Positions 20,224 to 30,223 of a DNA stretch of 64,000 nucleotides are shown here, piece after piece (positions within the stretch are counted from its first letter, which is position 1; the number at the start of each line of letters is the position of its first letter). The notes beneath the pieces were generated by a model. It saw nothing but the letters and a program-made list of their open reading frames with translations, was not told where the DNA came from and made no database searches. Origin of the DNA: a virus. The stretch is taken from IMG/VR virus record IMGVR_UViG_3300044472_000055, positions 32,001 to 96,000 of that record. The stretch is one strand, 5' to 3'. A program made the translations under genes and the position numbers.

Positions 20224-22413
20224 CTAGTGTGTCACAGGCCGCTTGCCGTTGCGAGCGTTTCGCGCAGGCGGCGGCTGCATCTGAACGACCTTGCCGTCGT
20301 TTTCGTCGTTCTCCGGATCGGCGTCGTCGTTGTCGTCATCCTCGTCGTCGTCGTCGTCATCATCGTCGTCATCATCAGGCGACGTGTTACCGGGCTTGCT
20401 CTGTCCGACGGCCGGCTTGTCGATACCGATCGTCTTCAGCTTGGCGATGACTGCCGTAACGACATCATCACGGAAGGCCTGCGTCGCATCGGGAAGCAGG
20501 ACATCCATGAAGTCTGCGTAGCGCTGCTGGTTGAGCAAATCGACCATCGCCGGAATCGGCAGGTTCTGCTGCATGACGATCTGCATCGCGGTCACGACGC
20601 CCGTCGCAGCCGTATCGACATCGATGCCTTGTTCGATTGGCGGCTCCTGGCGCAGACCGATGAGGTATGCCGTCGTGCCTTCACGCAGCTGCATCACTTC
20701 GCCGAGGAGGGGGCCGAACCATTCGAAGTCGGTACGCCCGAAACGCTTGGGCGAAAGCGGATCGGAATTGTCGACTGCCGGTGTCTGTGCGGCTGCGTTG
20801 CGCTTCCGCCGACGTCCGACGGGCGGGCCTGCGAGCTGTGCTTCGACGCGTGGAGGGGGCGGTGCATGCGTCTGTGCCTGCGGGTTGCGCATGGCTGCCT
20901 CGACCTCCATCGCGCGCACCTGCTGCTTGGTCATCTCGACCTGAGCCTGTGCGGCGACGGTGGCCTTCGCCTGCTGCGCGCCAACGTAGCGTTCCGCGAG
21001 ATCCTTGATGCCGGTCATGCCGTCACGGATCAGCTCGGCCGCGCCGCCGCCCTGCGGCTGCAGCTGAAGCGCCTGCTCCATCACGCGCGTCTGCATGTCG
21101 AGCACACCCGTCATATGACGGCTCATGCGCTCGGTGACCTGATCGACGGAGCTTTGTGACTCCTTCGTCAGCATCAGCAGATCGGTGGGCTTCATCATGA
21201 GGCCTTGCATGCGCTCGGCCTGCAGTTGGTGCTGATGCGCCAGATCCTTCTGAGACTGCGTCGTCTGCGCGATGATCTCCTTCACGAGAGTGAAGGCCGG
21301 ATCAGGGCCACGAGTCTCCGACGCCTTCGCGAGCGCCCCAAGCTGCGCTTCGAGACGACGATCGAGCGCCTCCATCTGACGCTTCGTGTCTTCTTGCTGC
21401 GCCTTGATCATGTCCCGAAGCGCTTGGTCACGGCGCTCCGATTCACGCTCACGACGCTCCTGCTCGCGCTCGCGCTGCTCGCGTTCGAGACGTGCCTCGG
21501 TCTGGCGCTGCTGCTCACGCAGGGCTTCCAGCTCGGGGTTCTTGGCCGACTGCGAGGCCTGCGCCGTCTGCGCCGTCGCCATGTTGGCGATCATCTGACG
21601 CAGCTCGGTCATCTGATTCTCGAACGTCTTGATCTTCTCGTTCGAGGCCGAACGCTCGCGTTCGAGCTGAGCCTCGTACTCGCGGCGCATGGCAGCTTCA
21701 CGTGCAGCCTGCAGCTCGGCTTCGAGCTTGCGCTGACGTTCTTCCATCGCCTTCTTTTCGTCCTCGGCCTTCCGCCGCTCGTCTTCGGTACGACGACGCT
21801 CGGCCTCGGCCTGCCATGCCTGTGCAGACTGCTGCGCCTGCTGGGCCTGGCCGTAGCCGCCTCCGTATACATTCGCGCCACCGCCGTAATACGGCGGGTA
21901 GGCTCCACCGCCGAAGAAGGCCTGCGGGGAGGGCGCCGGCTGCGCGGCCGGTTGAGGAGGGAGGCCGGGCGGGAATCCGCCGGGGAACGCGGGCGTGGTC
22001 ATCTGGCGCACCTGAGGGGGGCTGGGGGTGGGGGTAGGGCGAGATTGGGATGCCGCCGCTTCAGCGAGCGGCGGAGGAGTCTTCTCGGGGTACTCGGTGG
22101 GATTCCAGAACGGCTCCCACTTCATCACGATCGCAGGCGTCGACGAATCGGTGACGGTGACCTCGTAGTAGCCACCACCCGCCCATTCGTTGACGAGCCA
22201 TTGTTCGAGCCCGCGCACGTCCTCTTGCGTGAGGCCTGTGCCGGGCGGGCGCCCATCATCCGAGGGCGGCATTGGAATCGGCGTGCGTGTCGATCCCTTC
22301 CGCTTCTCGATGCGGACGGTAAGGGGCTCCGTCATGGAACCCAGTTTGGCGTCGTCGAACGTGCGTGCACCTTGCGGGGAGGGTCGGCCGGCCATTGGCG
22401 ACATACTGATCAC
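20224..22413 (-). CDS. Large Pro-rich/coiled-coil protein with poly-Asp tail
   Basis: 729 aa, long E/Q/R heptad region, DDDDDDDDDDEDDDN near C-terminus. Confidence 0.7.
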   Translation of the reverse strand: MISMSPMAGRPSPQGARTFDDAKLGSMTEPLTVRIEKRKGSTRTPIPMPPSDDGRPPGTGLTQEDVRGLEQWLVNEWAGGGYYEVTVTDSSTPAIVMKWEPFWNPTEYPEKTPPPLAEAAASQSRPTPTPSPPQVRQMTTPAFPGGFPPGLPPQPAAQPAPSPQAFFGGGAYPPYYGGGANVYGGGYGQAQQAQQSAQAWQAEAERRRTEDERRKAEDEKKAMEERQRKLEAELQAAREAAMRREYEAQLERERSASNEKIKTFENQMTELRQMIANMATAQTAQASQSAKNPELEALREQQRQTEARLEREQREREQERRERESERRDQALRDMIKAQQEDTKRQMEALDRRLEAQLGALAKASETRGPDPAFTLVKEIIAQTTQSQKDLAHQHQLQAERMQGLMMKPTDLLMLTKESQSSVDQVTERMSRHMTGVLDMQTRVMEQALQLQPQGGGAAELIRDGMTGIKDLAERYVGAQQAKATVAAQAQVEMTKQQVRAMEVEAAMRNPQAQTHAPPPPRVEAQLAGPPVGRRRKRNAAAQTPAVDNSDPLSPKRFGRTDFEWFGPLLGEVMQLREGTTAYLIGLRQEPPIEQGIDVDTAATGVVTAMQIVMQQNLPIPAMVDLLNQQRYADFMDVLLPDATQAFRDDVVTAVIAKLKTIGIDKPAVGQSKPGNTSPDDDDDDDDDDDEDDDNDDADPENDENDGKVVQMQPPPARNARNGKRPVTH

Positions 22414-22515
22414 TTATTGGATGGTCGGCAACAAATCCGTATACCAAGTCGCAACTCGTGGATAAGCGGGATCACTTTTCGCCGGATTATTTGACCGATC
22501 GGATTGTAGGGATTA

Positions 22516-24499
22516 GTGATCAACGACATGGGGAATCCACCAAACCACGACAACGACGACCCCGATAAGGTCGCGCTGTTCGATGGCCGCACCTTCGAGC
22601 GCACCCAAGGGTGCTGGAACTGCAAGCACTGGAGCGTCAAAGGTGCCGTCGATCGCTGGAGCGATCAGCGTCAGATGAACCTTCAGCGAGCGCTCACGAT
22701 CGCGCTCGAATCACCGCAGGGTGAAGACGACGAACGCGTCAAGAATATCAAGGGCATGGTCAACAAGCTCGACCACGAGATCGCGCGTGGATCGGCGGGA
22801 ACGTGCTCGGGAGGCGGCAAGACCGCTAACAACGACCCCGTCGGCGAGTACGTCGTCCACAACTTCCTTTGCGGGCAGTGGTCCGGCGCGTCCGGCGCAT
22901 CGATCGCACGTGGGGGTGCCAAAGCCGACAAGCTCCCCGAGGAGTTGCAGGAGCGGCTGGATGGTCCGAGGTCGACCAACAACACCAAGATGCCTCTCAT
23001 CCCCGGCGGCTCTCTCGTACGAAAGGGTGTGAGCTGATGGCCACTACAGGCACCCCAACCACCGACGAACACCCTGACGGCCCACGCTGGTCGGCTACCC
23101 CAGAAACCGGTTGGCTCATCGAGCTGAACGATCCGAGCGGTAGTCCAGGCGCATTATGGTGGAAGCCCGGCTGCTGGACCGCCGACTCCACAATCGCCGT
23201 GCGTTTCTCGCGCAAGTGCGACGCTGAAGCAGTCATTCGCGGCATGGGCTTCAAGAAAGCCATCGCAACGGAGCACCAATGGGGGTGAGCGAACGTTTCA
23301 CGTGGAGCCACGTAAGCCCAAACTGCGACAACAACTGCGATTGCTACGAAAAAGCAGCAGCAGCTGCGAGAGCACGTGAAGCCCTCAAGCAGATGACGAA
23401 GAAAGATCGCGCCGCTCGTGATGTTCGTCGCCCCAGGAGCCCACGCCGATGACAATTCTGCTGCTCTACCCCCTTCTCACGGCCGCGCTGTATTACCTCG
23501 GTAGTCGCGCGAAGATCACTTCGTGGTTATGGTCCAAGTATCCGCCTGCGTTGGCGTCTTTCATGGACTGTGCGGCCTGCACGGGTTTCTGGTACGGCTT
23601 CCTCGTCGAGTGTGTATACGGCGGGGCTGAGCCGATGTTCGCGCCCTACGCGTTGACCGAACCCTTCCGCGTCGGGTTGTCGGCGATCACCGTCGGCCTC
23701 TGCTCGTTAGTGCTGACACCAATCGTCGCAAACGTCATGCAGAACAGCCTGTTCATGCTCGGAACACCCTTACCCGAGACCCCTGGCGACACGACTGTCA
23801 GCCCCAGCGGTGATGGTACGAATCCATGAGCATCACAGGTGGCAGCATCACCCTCACGATCGACGATTACAACGGGCTGCAAAACGCGAAGAGCACGGCC
23901 GAGAACGAAGCTGCCAGCCTGAAGCGGCAGCTGATCGAGACGCGTCTCAATGCCGATCCTGCCGGGACCATTCGTGCTCTCACGGCAAGCCAGCGCCGCA
24001 TGCTGCACATCATTCGCTTCGCAGTCGGCAACCTGCCGCCCGAGAGCGTTCGCGGCTGGCCGACAGACGTACTCACGCAGGTGAGTGCAGACATCCTTCA
24101 GCTCGCAGACGCGACGACTGACGATGCCGCGTTTGCTGCTGAACTTCTCGTGTTCGTCGAGGACTGCAAGAAGGTCGATCGTTTTCGCGCCGCGCGCGAC
24201 GCAACCAAGCAGGTCGAAATCGTCGACATGCGTGCCGCTAAGCTGGAGAGTCCGACATGAGCATGGTCGCCGGAGTCGAAACCATTCGTGGGTTCTGTCC
24301 GATTCGTTGGGTCGGACGCAAAGGCCTCAGCGTCAAAGCGATCACCTACTGCAACGACGAAGTGAACGTTGCCGACGGTGTTCTTCAGGTGCCAGCGACG
24401 CTGCTCAAAGAAGGCGTCACAGCGTCGGTGCGCGATCACGGCAAGCTGATCAGCTGTTGCCCGAAATGCAAACAAGGGCTGCCTGCAGCGATGACGTAG
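22516..24499 (+). CDS. Hypothetical gene run (22516-23037, 23037-23288, 23449-23829, 23826-24260, 24257-24499)
   Basis: Coupled ORFs; 23449-23829 is a membrane protein with CAACTGFW. Confidence 0.55.
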
Positions 24500-24655
24500 C
24501 TGCGCAGAAAATTTGATCCGCAGAAACGCATCGTGGTACGACAACATCAAGATCGCGAGCTGACCCGACCGGCAGACGATCCTAGGCACCCTCCTCCTTG
24601 CCCCCAAGTCGTAGGAGGGTGCCCCACTACCTTTCAAATCGGGTAGCATCGTGGC

Positions 24656-24919
24656 GTGAGTTTCCCAAACGCAGGCCCACAGCTTCCCTCGCCGCAGCTT
24701 CCCGTCGGTCCGACGCCTGACGTGATGACGATGCCCCCTGCCGTCGCAAATCTCGGCTGCATGGGTTGCGGCCCAACGCTGCCGATGCTCGGTGAAGTCG
24801 TGAAACCGCCGATGCCGTTGTGGCTCAAGATCTTCGGCGTCATGCTCTTCTTCGGTGGCGTGTTCGGCCTCATGGCGATCACGAGCCGCAAGCAGCCTCG
24901 GTTCCCCACGCGCCCATGA
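24656..24919 (+). CDS. Small TM-anchored putative virion protein
   Basis: NLGCMG and PMLG motifs, PLWLK plus TM plus basic end. Confidence 0.55.
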   Translation: MSFPNAGPQLPSPQLPVGPTPDVMTMPPAVANLGCMGCGPTLPMLGEVVKPPMPLWLKIFGVMLFFGGVFGLMAITSRKQPRFPTRP

Positions 24920-25645
24920 AGTACGGCGAATCCAAATTCTCCGTCGGTGTCGGAAGCCAAGCCTTCCGCGATAACTACGAACGCATGTTCGGCACCGATC
25001 CGACGACTGATCTAGAACGCAATCTCATCAGAGCTGGCGTACGCACGCGCACCGAGGAATTCGCGCTGTGGGCGACGTTCGCGCAGCGCGTGTCGCTGAC
25101 GTTTCCATTTCAGGTCGACGTGCTTGTTTCCGAGAGCGATCGCGATCGCGTGAAGATGGGCGTCCAGTTGCACGTTCTCGATCGCGACACACGCGAACCG
25201 ATTACGGTACTCACACAACGTCACTGCGCTGCGTGGACGAACGACGCCGATGCGATCGAGATGCTGCGTGACCTCTTGGAGATCGCGCTCAAGCACGAGA
25301 CGAATGAATCACTCCGTCTCGACGGCAAGCTCGTCAATGACGTACACAGCATGCGTTAGTTCGTCTGACGCCGGTTGGCTTCCGTCTCGTGGTGCGCATC
25401 GGCGATGATCGATTCGAGTGCACTACGAATCAGCTCGTCGGGTAGACCATCCTCGATGCACATCTGCACGCCAAGACCGAACGTCGCCTCAGAGAGTAAC
25501 GTGACGACGAAGTCGGCTGCGAGATCAGGTGGCACCGATGCCGGTACGCGTGCGAGTAGCTCGTCGATCAACTCTTTGTGAGCCGCTTTGAGGCGCGTCG
25601 TGATGATCGCTGAGAGCTTCGCGATTTCTTCGAGAGCTGCCATTT

Positions 25646-26338
25646 CTAGTCGCCCCCAAAGATTTCATCCGCTGCTGCATCATCGATTCCGATCGGTTTG
25701 GGCTCCGCATTCCTCGTCGGAGCGACGGGCGTCGTGACCTCGTGCCTGGATAGCGCGAAGATCTCATCGTAGGTGCCGGCGTTGAGCGCGTGCTTCTTGA
25801 TCTCCTCGATGAGCTGCGCATCGGTGCCCTTGAACGGCGTACCAAGCTCACCTTTGCGCCAGCGCTCCATCTCGATCTCCAGCTCGCCGTACGGCAGCCC
25901 ATTGCTGAGGTAGTGCTCGCGACGACGCCACGCGGCCTCCTCAGCCGACGGGAACGTGCCGATCGAATGCATGCTCTCGCCGCTGGTCACCATCGCGCGG
26001 AAGCCCTTGCCGTTGGCGTACACGCCGACGAAACCGCTCTTCGTTTTGGTGCTGCGGTGCAGGAGGCTGAGGTTGATCGGCTTGGCCTCGTTGAGCATGC
26101 CGAAGTTCTTCTCTCGCGCGCTCGTGACAGCACGTTCGAAGTCGCCCGAGAGGAACCCAACGTCGAACTTGAGGATCCGCTGATCCACCTGAAGGAGGAG
26201 CATTCGGAAGGCGACCTCGGGCTTCACCCCCAAATCGGAAGCGAGCTGGACGCAGACCTTCCACGTAGCAAGTGGAACGTCCACTCGAAGGGCTACCGAA
26301 CCACTAGGAAGTGAGGTCAGCCGGGGGGCTTTGGGCAT
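25646..26338 (-). CDS. AP2-domain DNA-binding protein
   Basis: SGFVGVY..GKGFRAMV...SIGTFPSAEEAAWRR is the AP2 signature; no HNH domain seen; start codon uncertain. Confidence 0.7.
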   Translation of the reverse strand: MPKAPRLTSLPSGSVALRVDVPLATWKVCVQLASDLGVKPEVAFRMLLLQVDQRILKFDVGFLSGDFERAVTSAREKNFGMLNEAKPINLSLLHRSTKTKSGFVGVYANGKGFRAMVTSGESMHSIGTFPSAEEAAWRRREHYLSNGLPYGELEIEMERWRKGELGTPFKGTDAQLIEEIKKHALNAGTYDEIFALSRHEVTTPVAPTRNAEPKPIGIDDAAADEIFGGD

Positions 26339-26689
26339 GCTTTACGTTAACAATCGACCCTTACACTTACTAGAGGATCGCCCCGAACAATGGGCTAGAT
26401 TACCGATCCGCAAGGCGTCTCCGAAAGTGGATCCGCCAAACGTAGCCCATCACACGTTAGACCCCCTTACTCCGCCGAAAATTTTTGTGAGATTCCGACG
26501 TTTCCCGTGTACAGCGCGGCTATATTCTTTTTAGGACATAGCGTTTGTACTTCTTGATATCAAGAAGTTCAAAAGGGGTAAGGGTCTAAAGAATAGAACA
26601 GTTGCTTATCACCGTTTTCCGGAAGATAAGTCAGGCCCCTTACGTTTGAAGGAGCGTTCAGTCTAGACGCCTAACCGCGCGAAAGATCT
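26339..26689. promoter_or_regulatory. AT-rich non-coding region with CCCTTAC repeats and 20-bp palindrome
   Basis: CCCTTAC at 26358, 26464, 26637 and inverted at 26578; ACTTCTTGATATCAAGAAGT 26549-26568. Confidence 0.55.
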
Positions 26690-27577
26690 TCAGCTGCCCG
26701 TTGTCGACCGTTTGTGCGCGGCCGCGCCGAACATGATGCCGATCGCGCCCGCACTCAGGAGATCGCCGCGCTTGTACCACCGCTTCGCCGGGGGCGACGA
26801 CATTGGCCATGTCCCGCCGGCCACATCGTAGGCCATGAGCGTGTTGGTGGTCTGGTCCTTGATGATCTGCAGGCAGCGCGCGATCGCTTGGTCGGAGAGC
26901 GCAGAGAGCGTGACACGCGTTGCCCAGTCCCAACCCGAGACGGGCAGCTCGGCCTTGAGCTTGAAGATGGCTCCGTCTTGCGCGCGATCAGCGCCAGGAA
27001 CGGCGCCAGGTGCCCCTAGGAGCACGTCAAGCCAGATGACGGGGATGGCGAGGTCTCGCACGATTTTGAGCGCGGCTGCGCGGACGTATGGATGGCCGTC
27101 GTTGCCGATGGCATGGGCAAGCCCACCACCACCGAGCGTCGATCCGATCAACGTTGCTTGCAGCCACGACGCGATACCTGATGGATCAGAGGCGCTGAAG
27201 AAACCACCCGTTGCTGCCTTGTGGATGCCTTCGAGCATGATCAGGCGTGGTGGCTTGTTGTCGAACTTGCTGAACATGGCCTGCGCCGTCGCGCTGATCA
27301 CGTTGTTGCCCAGCTGACCCGAATTCTTGAGCAGCCAATCGGTGTAGCCCGTCGACTCGTTGAACAGCGCTCGCGAGAAAATGGGCGACTCCGCCCATAC
27401 CGTCTGCCGCGTGTATGGGTTCGCCGCGCATTGCGCGACCAATTCGGTCATCGCCATCGCAGCCGTGTACAGCCGCCGTGGCCCCTCGCCTGCGCGATAT
27501 ACCGCGTTGTCACGGTACTTGTTCGCATGGTCCCAGTAGGCGAGGAGGGTCTGAACATTCTCGGCAGGCGTTGCCAT
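26690..27577 (-). CDS. C-terminally anchored putative virion protein
   Basis: TAGGCT-N7-ATG; RWYKR plus TM plus basic end. Confidence 0.6.
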   Translation of the reverse strand: MATPAENVQTLLAYWDHANKYRDNAVYRAGEGPRRLYTAAMAMTELVAQCAANPYTRQTVWAESPIFSRALFNESTGYTDWLLKNSGQLGNNVISATAQAMFSKFDNKPPRLIMLEGIHKAATGGFFSASDPSGIASWLQATLIGSTLGGGGLAHAIGNDGHPYVRAAALKIVRDLAIPVIWLDVLLGAPGAVPGADRAQDGAIFKLKAELPVSGWDWATRVTLSALSDQAIARCLQIIKDQTTNTLMAYDVAGGTWPMSSPPAKRWYKRGDLLSAGAIGIMFGAAAHKRSTTGS

Positions 27578-27601
27578 GCCTCCGAGCCTATCAGGTTCGC
27601 A

Positions 27602-28351
27602 TTACGCCAGCGTTGCGATGATCAAATCCTTCGCGGCGTCGACGAGAAGACCGTCCGTTTTCGACTGATCCTTGAAGACAACCTGGAGGCGAATCAACCC
27701 TTCCGGATCGGCTTTCGTTCCATCTGTATCCATCTGGACGATGCACTGTCCTTTGTCGCTGATGACAAACAATGCCCGAAGCAAATCGTCGTCGTGCGTG
27801 ACCTTGAACACCTTGAGACTGGAGATCGGCCCGAGCCAATCGTAGCGCAGCACAGCAAGCTCGCTATGAAGCGCCACTGCATCAAGCTCTGCCGGATCGA
27901 TCTCGGCTTCTTCGCGAGTCTTGCCGGCAGGACGTCCCCAGAGATCAGGGATTTGCCTGTGGTCTTGCTCGAACGACGTCGGCTTCTGATTTTGAAGCAT
28001 AGGCGTTACGCGTTGAACGACGCGCTCGGCGACGACATCGACAATCTTGTCGAGGAAATCACCGACGATCTTTCCGATCGTTTCGACCTCTTTTTTCACG
28101 TCGCCTTCGACGACGAAGTTCGCGCCCGCCGCCTTGGTCGCGCTCTCGTTATGCAACGGGCAAAATCCTTTGCCGCCTGAGCACGGACCGCAAAGCTGTT
28201 GCGTGCCCGGTAGTGTTGTTGCTGGTTGGCCCGGCGGCAAAATCACCGAACCAGCGATGACCGAGGAGCCGTAGGCAGTATCAAACGGGAGACGTGTTCC
28301 TTCCATTCCGCGAACAGTAGTCACTTGCCGTTGATATGGGAAGCCCCGCAT
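27602..28351 (-). CDS. Hypothetical protein
   Basis: 249-aa ORF behind a box promoter. Confidence 0.55.
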   Translation of the reverse strand: MRGFPYQRQVTTVRGMEGTRLPFDTAYGSSVIAGSVILPPGQPATTLPGTQQLCGPCSGGKGFCPLHNESATKAAGANFVVEGDVKKEVETIGKIVGDFLDKIVDVVAERVVQRVTPMLQNQKPTSFEQDHRQIPDLWGRPAGKTREEAEIDPAELDAVALHSELAVLRYDWLGPISSLKVFKVTHDDDLLRALFVISDKGQCIVQMDTDGTKADPEGLIRLQVVFKDQSKTDGLLVDAAKDLIIATLA

Positions 28352-28399
28352 GAGCAGGGCCCCGTCCAGCGACTCTAGTCGCTGGGGCTGACGCTTACG

Positions 28400-29878
28400 T
28401 TACGGTGTCACGGGGCAGCATTCGAGCTGCACACGAGCCACTACAGAGACGTTCGCGGTGGCAGCGTCCGCTCCCGTGGCGAATTGAATCTGAAGGCCGA
28501 GACCACCGGTCGGGTTCGCCGTGATCGTCCACTGTGCAACGGGCGTCGCATGACCGATGATTGACTGCGCACCAGACGCGATGAGAACCGTCGATCCCGC
28601 TGTCGTACGCACGATGAATTGACGCTGAATCGCAGCGCTGATCGCACCCGCTGCACCGCCACCGGCAACCGCCGTCACCGTGACGGTGTACGCGCGGTCA
28701 TCAACGAGGGCGATAGCGGTACTTCCACCACCATCACCAAAGTTGAGCGACGTCGCAGCGATCGGAGCGTTGGAAGGCCCGAGCTTCATGACGATCATGG
28801 TGCTCTGCGCATCACCGTCAGCGAGGAAGCGGCCAGACGCGTGAGCACGTTCGCCATCATTGGTGGCGCGTGCACGCACACCCGTGGCACTGGAGAAGCT
28901 CGCGCTCGCCGTGTTCGATCCGCCCTCGGCGTGGCTCGCGTAGCCGCTCGCGACCGTGCTGTCACCTTCGGCGTGCGAGCGCTGACCGCTTGCGAGTGTG
29001 CCAACGCCTTCAGCGTGCGCTCCCGTAGCAGTCGCCTGCGTGGTCTGCCCCTCCGCGTGAGATGCACTGCCCGACGCTGTCGTGCCGTTACCTTCGGCGT
29101 GCGCCGTTTGATTCGAGGCAGTCGTGCTCAGACCTTCGGCGTGCGCGTAGTTCGCGGTGGCCTGCGAGCTTTGGCCTTCGGCGTGCGAGTAGTCACCTTG
29201 TGCAACCGTGTTACGGCCTACGGCATGCGCAGCTGCTCCGCTTGCCTGTGCACCATCGCCAGTGGCGAACGCAGCACTGCCTGACGCCACGTTGTCGTAG
29301 CCGCCCGGAATCGACGCGCCGTCACCGGACGCCGTGTTGCCGTAGCCGCCCGCAACCGTCGCGTATTCGTCCGTCGCAGCGTTGTCATCGCCGCCGCCGA
29401 TGGTCGAGTAGTTCGCGGTGGCACCGGGCGCCGCACCGCCCGTATTGCTGCCGAGGTTAGTGATACCCGCCTGAGTGTTGTCGATGGGTGACTGATCCGA
29501 AGCACGATCGCTACGGATGTTGACCTTATCGGCTGCGACAGCGTCATCGAAGATGACAGCCGGATCACCGCCGCCGCTACCAGCGCTGCCAGTAGAGGCC
29601 GCGAAGGGCACCGGGCTCAGTGTGGCGCTCGTGCTACCGAGCGCACGTTCGACAGAATGCTCGCGCTTGACCCACACACGAATGGTTGCCTGCGCGCCGC
29701 TGTTGTTGGTCACACTGACATTCGTCGCGTCAGCTGTGATCCCGAATCCTGCGACGTCGCCCGCAAGATAGTCGGGTGTCGTCGCAGTACCGTTGATGTT
29801 GATGTCGTGGGCTTGCGCGACGGTTGCGCCATCTGCAACGTCCGTGAACGTGAGGATCTGAACCAGACGAGTTGCCAT
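28400..29878 (-). CDS. Spike/fibre protein with beta-helix repeats
   Basis: Tandem 14-aa [SA]HAEG..T.A.G repeats and IGGG..N.A repeats (YadA/Hep_Hag-like). Confidence 0.75.
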   Translation of the reverse strand: MATRLVQILTFTDVADGATVAQAHDININGTATTPDYLAGDVAGFGITADATNVSVTNNSGAQATIRVWVKREHSVERALGSTSATLSPVPFAASTGSAGSGGGDPAVIFDDAVAADKVNIRSDRASDQSPIDNTQAGITNLGSNTGGAAPGATANYSTIGGGDDNAATDEYATVAGGYGNTASGDGASIPGGYDNVASGSAAFATGDGAQASGAAAHAVGRNTVAQGDYSHAEGQSSQATANYAHAEGLSTTASNQTAHAEGNGTTASGSASHAEGQTTQATATGAHAEGVGTLASGQRSHAEGDSTVASGYASHAEGGSNTASASFSSATGVRARATNDGERAHASGRFLADGDAQSTMIVMKLGPSNAPIAATSLNFGDGGGSTAIALVDDRAYTVTVTAVAGGGAAGAISAAIQRQFIVRTTAGSTVLIASGAQSIIGHATPVAQWTITANPTGGLGLQIQFATGADAATANVSVVARVQLECCPVTP

Positions 29879-29920
29879 GTAGCAACTCTACTAGAATCGA
29901 TTGCACTGCATCTAACTTTG

Positions 29921-29993
29921 CGCGCGCTGTCGGATTCGAACCGACGACCCACGGATTATAAAGTCCGCAGCTCTACCGCTGAGCTAAACGCGC
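29921..29993 (-). tRNA. tRNA with 8-nt anticodon loop CUUUAUAA (Ile-UAU-like plus one U)
   Basis: Acceptor GCGCGTT/AGCGCGC, D arm GCTC-AGCGGTA-GAGC, anticodon stem GCGGA/TCCGT, T arm GTCGG-TTCGAAT-CCGAC. Confidence 0.85.
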
Positions 29994-29994
29994 A

Positions 29995-30064
29995 TGGTCT
30001 TGTGAAAGCCGGTAGTACTCGCTCCGTTGAACGCCTGCCGATGCGTCTGGCGCACTTTCACAAG
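29995..30064 (-). ncRNA. tRNA-sized structured RNA ending ACCA
   Basis: 10-bp closing stem CTTGTGAAAG/CTTTCACAAG plus ACCA, internal hairpins. Confidence 0.5.
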
Positions 30065-30139
30065 GTGCAGAAGGATGGGCTCGAACCACCGACCATCGTG
30101 CCTTTTGGGCCCGACGCTCTACCACTGAGCTACTTCTGC
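30064..30139 (-). tRNA. tRNA-like RNA with aberrant 19-nt anticodon arm
   Basis: Acceptor GCAGAAG/CTTCTGC, canonical D and T arms, arm TCGGGCCCAAAAGGCACGA lacks U33. Confidence 0.7.
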
Positions 30140-30140
30140 A

Positions 30141-30216
30141 TGGCGGCGCGGCTGGGTCGCGGGCTCCAGCTAAACGGCCTACGGGGATTCGCGATGATCT
30201 CCCCCACCGACGCGCC
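30141..30216 (-). ncRNA. Degenerate tRNA-like RNA ending GCCA
   Basis: GGCGCG/CGCGCC acceptor-like stem plus GCCA, GCTGG/CCAGC T-like stem. Confidence 0.5.
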
Positions 30217-30223
30217 ATAAGCG

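Noticed and set aside
20321-20375. (TCG/TCA)n microsatellite
   Set aside because: Encodes the poly-Asp tract of the 729-aa protein.
20215-22494. Long plus-strand ORFs (314 and 429 aa) and similar shadow ORFs elsewhere
   Set aside because: Antisense shadows of genes with high GC3; no recognisable motifs.
28400-29878. Tail fibre implying a tailed phage
   Set aside because: HAEG beta-helix repeats are not tail-specific, and no other tail genes were recognised.
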